A DNA stretch of 64,000 nucleotides from the human T2T-CHM13v2.0 reference genome, Homo sapiens (GCF_009914755.1 NC_060947.1); one strand, 5' to 3'; numbered from the stretch's first letter, positions 35,232 through 48,889 are shown. Numbers and translations are program-made. Notes: generated by a model from the letters alone, not told the origin.

Positions 35232-37994
35232 TCCAAACCTCTTCCTACAGATTTCCATACACATACACACACATTCTCAGGCATGCATACATACATAGAT
35301 TTTTCCATTATATGTGGAATCATATCTATTTTTCATATATCTTGTAGATCTACCCATGTCTATCCATACCTCTTTATCTCAGTCTCTTTAATGGTTGTAT
35401 AGTATTCCATTTATGAATGTATCACCCCTACCCATGACAAGGTATTTAGTCTGTTATCAGATTTTCACCATCACAATGCATACTGCATTGACCATCCTTG
35501 TATGTGCATATATTTTTATGCATAATCATTTGGATTGCTGTAGTATAGATTCATACAAAAGCAATTCTTGAGCACTTTAATTTTTGCCAAATACTAACAA
35601 ATTGCCTTGTAAAATGCTGTCCTAATTTATAATGTCATAAACAGAATATGAATGTGTACATTAAATTTTGAGAAGACTATTGACAAACACTTTTATTGAT
35701 GGAAGAAAATGTTAGATGATGAGGGATTTAGACACCACATCAAAAATTGAGTAAGACTCATTGATCAATGAGTGTGATTGAAGACTTTTTGTCTAAACTG
35801 CTTGTAACACCTTATACCTACTACTTCTAGGTTTCCTGGCTGGAGAAACCCTGAAAAAGACTAGTCCCTGTAACACATAACACTTTTGATTTTATCTTAA
35901 TGGTCAGAACTCAAGATTATATCTTAATGATCAGAACTCAATACCTTTCCATATCCAGCTGCTAGGGAGGCTGTGAAATGAAATTTTCATTTTTGTGGAC
36001 TATGTATGGAGCCCAAAGCTGGGGACTATGATCACTACAGAAATCAAAAAGAAACCCTATAGTTACTTATGCCAGTTTTTTTCTTTATACTTGCTTCTCC
36101 TTGCATTCTCTCCTGAGATAGTCCCTTCTGCTGTCTCTCAATGTTTCATCACTCACTATTCCTCTTATCTATTCCCCTTTTTTGCTATGTCAACTTTTTG
36201 AGTCTCCACTTCTAATTTTTTCTCTCTCTGCTTCTTCATGTTTTTTCTCTTTCTCCTCTACGATTTTTTTCCCTCCCTTTCTGTGTCCTATCCACCTGAC
36301 TCTATCTTTTGCTATCTCTGTTTTCTTACTTGTGTGCCTTTGGCTATGTTGGTTTCAGTCTCTGTGTCTCTTTATTTCTACCTCTGATTCTAATGGTTAG
36401 GGCTAACAACAGACTTGGCTGCCACTTTATGCAGTTATTTTCAAATGACAGAAGTGCTTGAGAATAGGCTAGATATAGGAATGCTGTAAAAAGGATTTCT
36501 TGATTGGTTGAAAGTTGGACTAGGTAACTATTGAGGTCCTTTCCAAATTTGAGTTTGAGAGCCATATTTCCCTCCATAGTAGATAGAATCTAGTTAACAT
36601 TATTGCATCTCTGTTTTCTGATTGAATAGCTAATAGGACCTCAGGGCCATCTCTATGTGAATACCAGACTTCATTGCAAATTACTATAGAATTATAAAAT
36701 GTAAGAGATAGAGATAAATGTGTGTTGACTAAAGAACTGTCTTTCTCTGTATATATGTATGTACGTGTCTGATTTTATACATATATATACATATATGAAA
36801 ACCTTGTGAAGATATCAAAATTTTCTTTGATTGCAAAAATGTAACAAGAAATGATTATAATTGTGTGCTATTTGAAACTAGCTGATATTTTAGATTGGGT
36901 CTATTAACTGTGTCCAAATGTATCCATAAGTTAAATGTGTTTTGGTTTCTAGAGTCAAGAGTTTGCCATATAGGTACTGTTAAAAATTAGCATGAACCAG
37001 AAACCTGACATATCTGGTACTTTAAGGGAGGAAGGGAATAAAGTGAAAAAGGTAATTTGCAAACTATACTTGAAAGTCATTGAAGCATAACATCATTACA
37101 ATTATCTGTCAAAAGATTTAGTTCAATTACAGTTTTAAAGCTCTCTCTTCAATATGGCATTACTCATATCAGGATTTGATACTCCAATGAGAGGAATACT
37201 AATGCCTTCATTAGCTATTGTCTTAGCAGCTTCATTCTTTAGAATTCATTACGTGGCCTTTTGGGATTTTTATATACTAACCCTAGGGAATCAGTAAACA
37301 CAAATCTCTCAGGGGAATATGAACTTCAGAAATAAGAACCATTGCATATTTATAGCCATGGCAGGGGGGAAGACTCTTTTTAGGAAAAAAAGTAATTTTG
37401 AAATAATTGAATAACAGTATAATTGCCATGATAGTAGGTATTATACATGCTCCTGTACACTTTCTTCACACAGCAGTAAGTTGGTTGTAAAATCACCAAC
37501 AGGAAAAAGTTATAATGTAATAAACCTAAATTTCAGTGTAAGGTTTCCAGGAGTAACTCGAGCTGCTTCTGAAACTTTTACTATTGAAACAGATGTGTGG
37601 GAACCATATGTTGGGAGCCCAGTGGTCACTGTTGTAAGACATTCCTTGATCAATGATGATATTTCAGGCCGACTGATGCTGTAGATGAACACTGCTACTA
37701 GATTGATTACACTGGCCTTTCTCTTTGACTATTTGAATTGAGGCAGTTTGACAGATTTTCCCTTTCAATGGGAAATCTGAATCACCTACTGAACATGCTA
37801 AAAAAAACCACTTATTTTACTAGGTATTCCCTTAGCACTTAACAAATATAGGTTGCTCTTCATTGTCCTGCACTTGACTAAGTACTCTACTATGCATGTA
37901 TCGCCACAGTGAGGTTATAGTTCCTTGAAGAAAAGAAGCTACATTTTATAATCTTAGACTTGGTTTATGACTCCCATAGCATCTAACTTCTAGG

Positions 37995-38230
37995 GCAAAA
38001 ATCGTTCAGTAGTGGTTAAGAGATTGGGGTTTGTTGTCACACAGACCTACATTCAAATCCTTTTTCCATAATTTATTAATGTCATGAACTTGGGTAAGTC
38101 ACAAATGTCAGTTTCCTGAAAAGTAAAATGGAGATTATAGTAACTCATAAGATTGTTGAGAGGATAAAATGACATATAACAGTTTAGCACAATGTCTGGC
38201 CCACACAAAGTGCTCAATAAATTATTATCA
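37995..38230 (+). mobile_element. MIR element
   Basis: gtagtggttaagag...cttgggtaagtcac...cagtttcc...gtaaaatggag...gtgctcaataaa. Confidence 0.8.
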
Positions 38231-39066
38231 TCATAAAGTATAATCATTGTTCAGCAAAATTTGTTGAATTAATTGACTCTTCTGTGGAAATGGGATTGGT
38301 AAATATATGGACTTAAAAACTTTATATGCTCACTTTTTCTAATTCTGACTGATTTTAACTGACAGGAAAAGTAGCATATGAAATAATTCTGTAGTTAAAT
38401 TGTACAGTTCCAATGATTATTTCCCTATTCACAGTCAAACATTAACTATTTTATTTCACAAAGAATAGGGAGGGGTGAATTAAATAGGGAAGTAGAAATA
38501 TTTCTGCATCAGTTATTTTCCACATAAAATATCTCTGAATATCAGTTATAAAATCTAGTTCATGTTTTTGGTGAATATGATCACATAATGTCCACTTGGC
38601 AAACAGAGTTTTTAAAGGGCTTTCTCAAATCAACTTTTTTTGCCACCATTTATAAAATATCAGAATTATAAAAATGATATTTGATTTTAGCAAGTTATGG
38701 TCCCTACACACTGTCAGCTTTCAGACAGAAATCGTGAAGGTACAATCATAGATAGAATAGGTTTGCGGTAAGGAGAGCTTGGCAGACTCCTAAAATCTAA
38801 CCAGTATGGTTGAGTTGGTAACTAAGTGAATATATATAGCAGGAAGAGCTATAGCAGAGATGAGCCAATGTTCTTAACAAAGTCACTGGCGTTATATAAG
38901 TTCTAAATTGGGGGGTAAGACAGAGGAGCTAGAATGGGCACGTTGTTCAAGAAAATTTTGAATCATAAGCCTTCCTTTGAAAGTTCAGAGCCTACATAAT
39001 CATCTGGAGATCTGGCAGATAAGGTCTATGGAAAACAAAGAATCCTGTGGAGTACTTAATGGTCTT

Positions 39067-39458
39067 TTCAGTCTTGGTTTGGGGTCTCCAAAAAGCAGAA
39101 CTCTAAGGATTTGAATGTAGGTAGTTTATTTGGGAGGTGATCCCAGGAAGTACTGCAAGGAAGTGGCAAAGTCAGACTGGAAGGGAGGTAAAGCAAATAA
39201 GCAGGTTGCCACTCAATATTACTGGAACATACCAAAGGGTGAGGGAGCTAGGGTATTTATTCATGAACTTTCACAATTGATTGAGAATCATTTAGTGAAT
39301 ATTAACAACCTGGCACTTCTAGTCATCTCCTATACTGGCCAAGCTGCTTTTGCAGTTAAAGAAGCCCCTCTGGCAGAGAAACATAGGAAGACTTCTGCAG
39401 ATGACTTTTAGAATGGGTCAAAGAAGACATGGGCAGGGCACCAACAGTGTTTATGACA
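39067..39458. mobile_element. MLT1 (H/I-like) LTR remnant
   Basis: aagcaga...gtagtttatttgggaggtgatcccaggaag...gggcagggcaccaacag pattern. Confidence 0.75.
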
Positions 39459-41749
39459 GCAGGAAATATGGTACCTCTCAGATCTGGATAATCCCATGTT
39501 AGACAAGAGATGTTCTATTTCAAACAAATGAGTAACTTGAAAAAACACTAAAAGTTTCCACTCATTTGCATTATTTAAACATTTGATAAGATGTTATCTA
39601 CATAGATTTTGTTCTTTTATTCATTAAAAATATTTATTAATTAGTTATGTGTCAGGCTCTATGCTAGGTGATGAGAATAAAACAGTTAGTGACCAAGTGG
39701 CTGCCCTCATGAAGTTTACATTCTAGTGGGCAAGGAGTAGGCAAAGACAACCAAGCTAATAAATTTAACCGATTCATTAAGTGTTTCAACTCATTGGAGT
39801 ATAAACTTGAAATGGTATTATTTTTCCACTAATTGCTATTTACTGTGTTCTGTTGTATTTACCCTCTTCCACTGAGAGATTAGGACAATGATAAACATTT
39901 CAATCTGATTGTATAACTTTTTAGCTGCTTTCAGATATTAGGAGAGTCTCATGCTGATTTTAAAGCTTTGGCTTGCTTACTCCAAGCCCCTATCTGATGA
40001 AAATGCTTCTCTTCCTTTTTCTTCAAACAGATGGGACATATGGCTCTAGCGGCTAGGAGTTTGGGGACATGTATGGTAGCCTTTCATACATCTCTTCTTA
40101 TTTCTTCCCTTTCCCCTGTGCCTGTTTTGTTATTGCTTTGGGAGGAGAGTTGCTGGGGAAAAGGGAGAGGAAAAAGACAGATGCTTGTGACTGTGTGTGT
40201 CTTCTCCTTGGTTGGTCACAATTGCTCTTCTAGCTGTCTATGGGCACTATATAAACAGGTAGTTATAACAGCCTGCTGATGGGAGGCTTCTCCAAGCATC
40301 TCCTCTGGACATTGGAAATCCCTTGCAAGATTATTACATCTTCTGTTAGACCTTCAGCTGGTGCCATCAGATCACTTTATTTTCACATGCATTCATCTTG
40401 CCCCATGTTGCAAAGCCTCTGGCAAGAATTATGCAGTTACCTAGTCCAGCTTGGACCTTTGGGCATATGCCAAATTCATTTTCCATGTCTCTTGGGACCC
40501 ATATATGGCTGTGTGTTGGGAGTAGGTGAGAATTAGTCTCGGTCCTCTTGTCATCTGGAAATCTCCAATATCCCACCTCTCCCGAGGGTTCTTTATCCTA
40601 GCTCCAGTGGTGCAGGGAAAGTTCAGCATGTCTAATGGTAAGTATATGGTTAACTGGGAAAGAAAAAGCCTGTTTTCCTTGTCAAAACGTAGCCTTCTCC
40701 TCCTTTCCAGGTTCCTTTGTTTATTGATGGAGTTGGGGTGAGGTGATATGGAACTAGCTGCATTGGTTCATTGTGCTGGTGGCTTCAGACATCAAACTGG
40801 AAGTTTTCTGAATTTAGGATATCAGGTAGATCTTTGAGGTCAATTCTGGGAAAAGAGGATCCTACCAAGCACTTGATATCACCCTGTTACTCTTATATTC
40901 TGGGTAAGGCTCTATACCTTTAGGTACGAACTAATTATTTTTAAAAATCTTTACATAGAATACTGGACCTTTACATGTCATCCAGAGGCTATTGCCTTTC
41001 CAGGTTTTCTTCCATTCATTATTTCAGTGATTGCTGTAGTTTCACCCTCATACCTCCCATTGCCATTTTTGTATCTTGAATTTATCATGAGCCCAAAGTA
41101 CTTCAGTGGTACTTATATTCCGATTATTTTAAAGGACCCTAGCTGAACCACCATATAGGTAACCAATTTACTGATTTTTTTAACTCAATAGGGACAAAAA
41201 CTTAAAGATAATTTCCCCCCCACCCCCAATGTCTACTGGTGGCACTTTACAAACTCCTTTCCCTGTTATTGGATGTGGAGATTTAATAACAGCTTGGTTC
41301 AATTCCTTACCCTTTTCAGTTATTTTTGATTTTGGAAGAGTTTCATTCTAAGTGCTTGAGACTCAATACTGTTCATTTAAAAATGAACTCAAAGTAGTGT
41401 AAAAACTCTTCCTATCACATAAACAACTGTAAATGCTGATCAGTCTTATGAATAAAACAAACAAAGAGGTGAGCTAGAGATTGACAGAGTTCAGATTGGG
41501 TAGTTGAGAAAGGCCTTTTTGTGGGACTCAGACATGTAGGATGTTAAGAAACTGAGTGAACAGTGGAGAGTATCTCAGGAGGAAGACAAAGTGCAAACAC
41601 CGTGGGGAAAAAAAAATGCCTTGGCACATTCCAGGAACAGAAAAAATGACCATCATGGCTGGAGCATAGGCAGCAAGGAGGAGAGCTTTGTGAAATAAGA
41701 TCAAAGAGGCACCTGGGGGCTCCACCTATAGGCCTTTGAAAGTCTAATG

Positions 41750-44700
41750 ATTTGAAATTAGGTACAGTGGTACCTCCAGCTTTGTTCTTTTTGCTTAGGA
41801 TTGTCTTGGCAATGTGGGCTCTTTTTTAGTTCCATATGAATTTTAAAGTAGTTTTTTCCAATTCCGTGAAGAAAGTCATTGGTAGGTTGATGAGGATGGC
41901 ATTGAATCTATAAATTACCTTGGGCAGTATGGCCATTTTCACGATATTGATTCTTCCTATCCATGAGGACAGGATGTTCTTCTTCCATTTGTTTGTGCCC
42001 TCTTTTAATTCGTTGAGCAGTGGTTTGTAGTTCTTGAAGAGATCCCTCACATCCCTTGTAAGTTGGATTCCTAGGTATTTTATTCTCTTTGTAGCAATTT
42101 TGAATGGGAGTCCACTCATGATTTGGCTCTCTGTTTGTCTGTTATTGGTGTATAGGAATGTTTGTGATTTTTGTACATTGATTTTGTGTCCTGAGACTTT
42201 GCTGAAGTTGCTTATCAGCTTAAGGAGATTTTGGGCTGAGATGATGGGGTTTTCTAAATGTACAATCATGTCATCTGCAAACAGGGACAATTTGACTTCC
42301 TCTTTTCCTAATTGAATACCCTTTATTTCTTTCTCCTGCCTGATTGCCCTGGCCAGAATTTCCAACGCTATGTCGAATAGGAGTGGTGAGAGAGGGCATC
42401 CCTGTTGTGCCAGTTTTCAAAGGGAATGCTTCCAGTTTTTGCCCATTCAGTATGATATTGGCTGTGGGTTTGTCATAAATGGCTCTTATTATTTTGAGAT
42501 ATATTCCATCAATACCTAGTTTATTGAGAGTTTTTAGCATGAAGGGGTGTTCAATTTTGTTGAAGGCCTCTTCTGCATCTATTGAGATAAACATGTGGTT
42601 TTTGTCATTGGTTCTGTTTATGTGATGGATTACATTTATTGATTTGCATATTTTGAACCAGCCTTGCATCCCAGGGATGAAGCCCACTTGATCATGGTGG
42701 ATAAGTTTTTGATGTGCTGTTGGATTCAGTTTGCCAGTATTTTATTGAGGATTTCCACATTAATGTTCATCAGGGATATTGGTCTAAAATTCTCTTTTTT
42801 TTGTTGTGTCTCTGCCAGGCTTTGGTATCAGGATGATGCTGGCCTCATAAAATGAGTTAGGGAGGATTCCCTCTTTTTCTATTGCTAGGAACAGTTTCCA
42901 AAGGAATGGTACCAGCTCCTCTTTGTACCTCTGGTAGAATTTGGCTGTGAATCCATCAGGTCCTGGACTTTTTTTGGTTGGTAGGCTATTAATTATTGCC
43001 TCAATTTCAGAGCCTGTTGTTGGTCTATTCAGAGATTCAGCTTCTTCCTGGTTTAGTCTTTGGAGGGTGTATGTGTCGAGGAATTTATCCATTTCTTCTA
43101 GATTTTCTAGTTAATTTGCGTAGAGGTGTTTATAGTATTCTCTGATGGTAGTTTGTATTTCTGTGGGATCGGTGGTGACATTCCCTTTATCATATTTTTA
43201 TTGCATCTATTTGATTCTTCTCTATTTTCTTCTTTATTAATCTTGCTAGTGGTCTATCAATTTTTTTGATCTTTTCAAAAAACCAACCCCTGGATTCATT
43301 GATTTTATTGAAGGGTTTTTCCTGTCTCTATCTCCTTTAGTTCTTCTCTGTTCTTAGTTATTTCTTGTCTTTTGCTAGCTTTTGAATTTGTTTGTTCTTG
43401 CTTCTCCAGTTCTTTTAATTGTGATGTTAGGGTGTCAATTTTAGATCTTTCCTGCTTTCTCTTGTGGGCATTTAGTGCTATAAATTTCCCTCTACACACT
43501 GCTTTAAATGTGTCCCAGAGATTCTGGTACATTGTATCTTTGTTCTCACTGGTTTCAAAGAACATCTTTATTTCTGCCTTCATTTCGTTATTTACCCAGT
43601 AATCATTCAGGAGCATGTTGTTCAGTTTCCATGTAGTTCTGCAGTTTTGAGTTAGTTTCTTAATCCTGAGTTCTAATTTGATTGCACTGTGGTCTGAGAG
43701 ACTTTTTGTTGTGATTTCTGTTCTTTTATATTTGCTGAGGAGTGCTTTACTTCCAACTATGTGGTCGGTTTTGGAATAAGTGCAATGTGGTGCAGATAAG
43801 AATGTATATTCTGTTGATTTGGGGTGTAGAGTTCTTTAGATTTCTATTAGGTCCACTTGGTGCAGAGCTGAGTTCAAATCCTGAATATTCTTGTTAATTT
43901 TTTGTCTCATTGATCTGTCTAATATTGACAGTGGGGTGTTAAAGTCTCCCATTATTATTGCATGGCAGTCTACGTCTCTTTGTAGGTCTCTAAGGACTTG
44001 TTTTATGAATCTGGGTGCTCCTGTATTGGGTGCATATATATTTAGGATGGTTAGCTCTTCTTGTTGAATTGATCCCTTTACCATTACGTAATGGCCTTCT
44101 TTGTCTCTTTTGATCTTTGTAGGTTTAAAGTCTGTTTTATCAGAGACTAGGATTGCAACCCCTGCTTTTTTTTTGTTTTCCATTTGCTTGGTAGATCTTC
44201 CTCCATCCCTTTATTTTGAGCCTATGTGCATCTTTGAATGTGAGATGGGTCTCCTGAATACAGCACACTGATTGGTCTTGACTCTTTATCCAATTTGCCA
44301 GTTGGTGTCTTTTAATTGGAGCATTTAGTCCATTTACATTTAAGGTTAATATTGTTATTTGTGAATTTGATCCTGTCATTATGATGTTACAAGGCTATAG
44401 TAACAAAAGCAGCATGGTACTGGTACGAAAACAGAGATATAGATCAATGGAACAGAACAGAGGCCTCAGAAATAACACCACACATCTACAACCATCTGAT
44501 CTTTGACAAACCTGACAAAAACAAGAAATGGGGAAAGGATTACCTATTTAATAAATAGTGCTGGGAAAACTGGCTAGCCATATGTAGAAAGTTGAAACTG
44601 GATCCCTTCTTTACAACTTATACACAAATTAATTTAAGATGGATTAAAGACTTAAATGTTAGACCTAAAACCATAAAAACCCTAGAAGAAACCCTAGGCA

Positions 44701-45801
44701 ATACCATTCAGAACACAGGCATGGGCAAGGACTTCATGACTAAAATGCCAAAAGCAATGGCAACAAAGCCAAAATTGACAAAGGGGATCTAATTAAACTA
44801 AAGAGCTTCTGCACAGCAAAAGAAACTACCATCAGAGTGAACAGGCAACCTACAGAATAGGAGAAAATTTTTGTAATCTACCTGTTTAACAAAGGGCTAA
44901 TGTCCAGAATCTACAAAGAGCTCAAACAAATTTACAAGAAAAAAAAACCCATCAAAAAGTGGACAAAGGATATGAACAGAGACTTCTCAAAATAAGACAT
45001 TTATGCAGCCAACAGACATATGAAAAAATGCTCATCATCACTGGTCATCAGAGAAATGCAAATCAAAACCACAATGAGATACCATCTCACACCAGTTAGA
45101 ATGGCATTCATTAAAAAGTTAGGAAACAACAGATGCTGGAGAGGATGTGGAGAAATAGGAAAGCTTTTACACCATTGGTGGGAGTGTAAACTAGTTCAAC
45201 CATTGTGGAAGACAGTGTGGCGATTCCTCAAGGATCTAGAACTAGAAATAGAATTTGACCCAGCAATCCCATTACTGGGTATATAACCAAAGGATTATAA
45301 ATCATGCTACTATAAAGACACATGCACACGTATGTTTATCATGGCACTGTTCACAATAGCAGACTTGGAACCAACCCAAATGTCTGTCAATGATAGGCTG
45401 GATTAAGAATATTTGGCACATATACACCATGGAATACTGTGCAGCCATATAAAAGGATGAGTTTATGTCCTTTGTAGGGACATGGATGAAGCTGGAAACC
45501 ATCATTCTGAGCAAACTATCACAAGGACAGAAAACCAAATAATGCATGTTCTCACTCATAGTTGGGAATTGAACAATGAGAACACTTGGACACAGGGCAG
45601 GGATCATCACAAACCAGGGCTTCTGGTGGGGTGGGAGGCAGGGGGAGGAATAGAATTAGGAGAAAAAACTTCTATAAATGACAAGTTAATGGATGCAGCA
45701 AACCAACATGGCACATGTATACCTATGTGACAAACCTGCACGTTGTGCACATGTACACTAGAACTTAAAGTATAATAAAAAAATACAAAAAAATTGAAAA
45801 A
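41750..45801 (+). mobile_element. Twin-primed L1PA6-like insertion: inverted ORF2 segment (41750-44389, -) plus sense 3' segment (44388-45801, +), inside an L2 remnant
   Basis: Strand switch at atgatgt(ta)caaggct; the two pieces are adjacent in L1 coordinates; TSD gaaagtctaatg (41738-41749, 45802-45813); AATAAA at 45774. Confidence 0.95.
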
Positions 45802-46056
45802 GAAAGTCTAATGGAAGGAGTTCAGATTTCACTCTAAATCCAGTGGGAAGCCACTGAAAAGTTTTAAGCAGGGAACCTGACATGGTTTAACTGTGAACTT
45901 TCATGTTTTCTTCTATTTGCAAAAAATAAAGCCAGAAGACCCCAGATTGTCATTGTTTCTCTAATGGAGTTTTGAAAAATGTAAAATTATAGGTGTGGTT
46001 TTGTTGAGGCCAAGATCTGTGGTTCAAACTTTATATCCTTTTTTTTGACTTTTCAG

Positions 46057-46157
46057 CTGTCAAGAAAAGTGAAGGATGAAGCCACCATTTCTTTTGGCCC
46101 TTGTGGTCTGTTCTGTAGTCAGCACAAATCTGAAGATGGTGTCAAAGAGAAATTCTG
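46057..46157 (+). other. IL1RAPL2: IL1RAPL2 exon 2 (19 nt 5'UTR + 82 nt CDS)
   Basis: Polypyrimidine tract and acceptor ccttttttttgacttttcag| ending at 46056; donor ctg|gtaagt starting at 46158. Exon number is from recalled gene structure. Confidence 0.93.
46076..46157 (+). CDS. IL1RAPL2: First coding segment (82 nt, signal peptide) of interleukin-1 receptor accessory protein-like 2
   Basis: ATG at 46076 (A at -3) translates to MKPPFLLALVVCSVVSTNLKMVSKRNS plus one base. This matches the IL1RAPL2 N-terminus as I recall it (continuing VDGCIDWS). Ends at a phase-1 G|GTAAGT donor. Confidence 0.96.
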
Positions 46158-47812
46158 GTAAGTTGCTGGCAACTTGCCACTATTTGGTCAAAAATGTACA
46201 GTTTTGTGAGCACCCAGAGGGCACCTGTGCCTTTAACTATGAATGTCTTTAAATAGAAGCACTCGTATTCCAGTTATGTTGGAAAGTAGCCAAAATAAAA
46301 ATGATGTTTAATCCTACCACTGAGAAATTGTTGGGAAATCAGTGGAATTTTGTTAAACTTCAATGACCAGTATACTCTCAGTGGACAATGAAATGTTAAG
46401 GGCCTACTTAGAGTTGGTTACATTTGCTAGTGAATAAATACCTGGGAGCAAACATTTACAAATGAGAAGGTAAGAAACCTTTAAAAATATACATCCTTTG
46501 CCTCCTAATTGAGTGTGTAGCATTGCAATTTAAAGACTTTGATAAATATCTGAGTTTTAGTTCCTTATAGTTGTACCCAGTTGCTAACAGGCAGGGGTCT
46601 ACAGCCTCCAAGTTCAGAATTATTAGCTAATTGCCCGAAGAGGAATTTCTCGAGAAGAAAAATCTATTCCTAGAACATGTTGGTCTGGCAGGCAGCCATG
46701 ACTGTACTAAGAGATTAGCTGTAGCCAGTACATAGTCCAGTCAAAGCTTAATCATTGTTTAATAATACTTGGATATATATGTCTTTCAGTTTTGATTATA
46801 CATTCTAGCTGTAATTACAAACTTTGCATGAGATTTTAAGAATTGATTTTCTGTCTGTAATCATTCCAGTAAGACATTGAGGAATGTGTTATTATATGGA
46901 AACAAAAGATTGTGTTGAGACTTTCTACTGGCTTCTAATTCATTTATTTCTGAGAATTAAATGTATTTGCTTTACTTTCTCATTAAGTATCAAATCTAGT
47001 CAATGAAATGCATGCTTACTTTTCAAAGCAAAAAATGCGGATTGGGGGGAGGTGCTTGGAGTTTGGCTAATGTTTGTTTCCTGAGATAAGAATACTTACT
47101 AATTGAAATACCTAACAAATAGTTTTGTCTTCAATTGATAGCATATTAATAAATGTTTCCAAAAGTGAGAGATTTATCACAGACTATAAAATAGAGTAAC
47201 ACTGCTGAAGTCCAAAGGATCCTGGAGTGATAAAGATAGGGCAATATATTGTCTTTTTCTCTTCTTATAGATTCAGGTCTATATTTAAATTACTTTTGTA
47301 TGTTGTGACTCTCTTTCAGCTGAATTTGTGTTTAATATTTTACCTATTATCTCTCCAGCTCAGCATATCATTCATGGCTGCCTTTCCTTGCTTTACCTTT
47401 GAAGTCCCATTTTACTTTCAATCTTGGTTCAAATTGATAGTTGCTGAAATAAAATATTTAGAGAGATTGCTTAACAGCAAACATAACCTGTTGAACCAGA
47501 TTGCATTTTCCTTACTCGGTCATGTCATAATGTCTGGAGCAGATCCGAAAGGAAAAAAAGAAACGAGGGTTTAAAAAGTCATCTGTATTATGGTAGCTTA
47601 ATTGAAGTAAAATCCAAACTGAAAAAAAATAAGTTGCTGTCAATGTATTCTGTCTTATACCTTGGTTTGCTTATTATATAAGAGAAGAGAGGCTGTTAAA
47701 ATATATATATATTTTATATATATTTATATATATAAAATATATAAATATATATATACACACAAATATATATGTGTATGTATAGACACACACACACACACAC
47801 ACATACACATAT

Positions 47813-48092
47813 AGCTGGGCTATTACAGGTGGCTCACACCTGTAATCCCAGCATTTGGGAGGCCAAGGTGGGTGGATTGCTTGTGCTAAGGAGTTTGAGA
47901 CCAGCCTGGGTAACATGGTGAAACCCTATTTCTACAAAAATGTAAAAATTAGCTGACATTGTGGTGCACACCTGTAGTCCTAGCTAATCAGGAGGCTGAG
48001 GTGAGAGTATGGCTTCAGCCTGTGAAGCAGAGGTTGGTGAGCCGAGATCATGCCACTGCACTCCAGCCTGGGTGACAGAACCAGACCCTGTC

Positions 48093-48093
<1 letters not shown>
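47813..48093 (+). mobile_element. AluJ-like element flanked by (TA)n(CA)n repeats
   Basis: Diverged dimer with gattgcttg..c.aggagtttgagaccagcctgggtaacatg and agaccctgtct. Confidence 0.88.
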
Positions 48094-48128
<35 letters not shown>

Positions 48129-48889
48129 TACACACACACATATAGAAGGTTATCATTAATGCACAGATGTCATTAAAAGATCAACTTTTCAATGCTTTGC
48201 CTCTTTATTTTTGCTTGTTAAGCGTGAGGCTATTTGTGGCTTACTAGGGTTTCTTAGCTTTGTTTTCTTAGTGTGGACAAATGGTATCATATCTGCAGTC
48301 AGCTTCATTGAAGAAACATTACCCAAAAAGATATTTCACTTACAGTCAAAGTGTTAGAATGGTTTCAGTCTCTGCTTCTCCTTCCCTTTATGCTGCACTC
48401 CCCCTCCATCCCTGCCAGGACAATAGCAATTGTAATATTGGAACAAAACTTCTTACAGGTCTGTGCAGTTGAAATCATTTGAATGCACAGCTGGTTCTTT
48501 TATTTTATGCCTTACTGCTTCTGTTTATGGTGTATACGGAGTAGGCAGAAAAGACTAATAGGTTAGTGTTGGTTTGTGCTTGTCTCTGTGTGTTTTTTGT
48601 TTGTATGTTTGTTTATTGTTTCATAATGCAAAAAAGATAGGGCATGGGATGAATAAAAGACATCTTAAGTTGCTGATGAAAACGAGGATACTTTGGAGCA
48701 GTTCTTTTCAACTCTACCTTTCTGTTTAGCCACCCCCATCATAACCCCCTCTCCAGCCCTATACCTCTGTTAATATTATTATTTTATGTAGAAAATATAA
48801 TTATTTGCACTTTCATTATCATAGTGCTATTTGAGTTACCTTATCTTTTGAAGAACATTAAAAATGCTTTGGCAAATCTGCAGTACAAA

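Noticed and set aside
37481-37692. Overlapping short ORFs as a novel exon or microprotein
   Set aside because: No ATG start, no recognisable homology and weak splice context; only the hairpin was kept.
39770-40790. Possible exon-like unique sequence
   Set aside because: No coherent reading frame bounded by splice sites; more likely a decayed ancient repeat I could not assign.
47227-47574. 115-aa hydrophobic ORF downstream of the exon
   Set aside because: T-rich intronic sequence, non-ATG start, no homology recognised.
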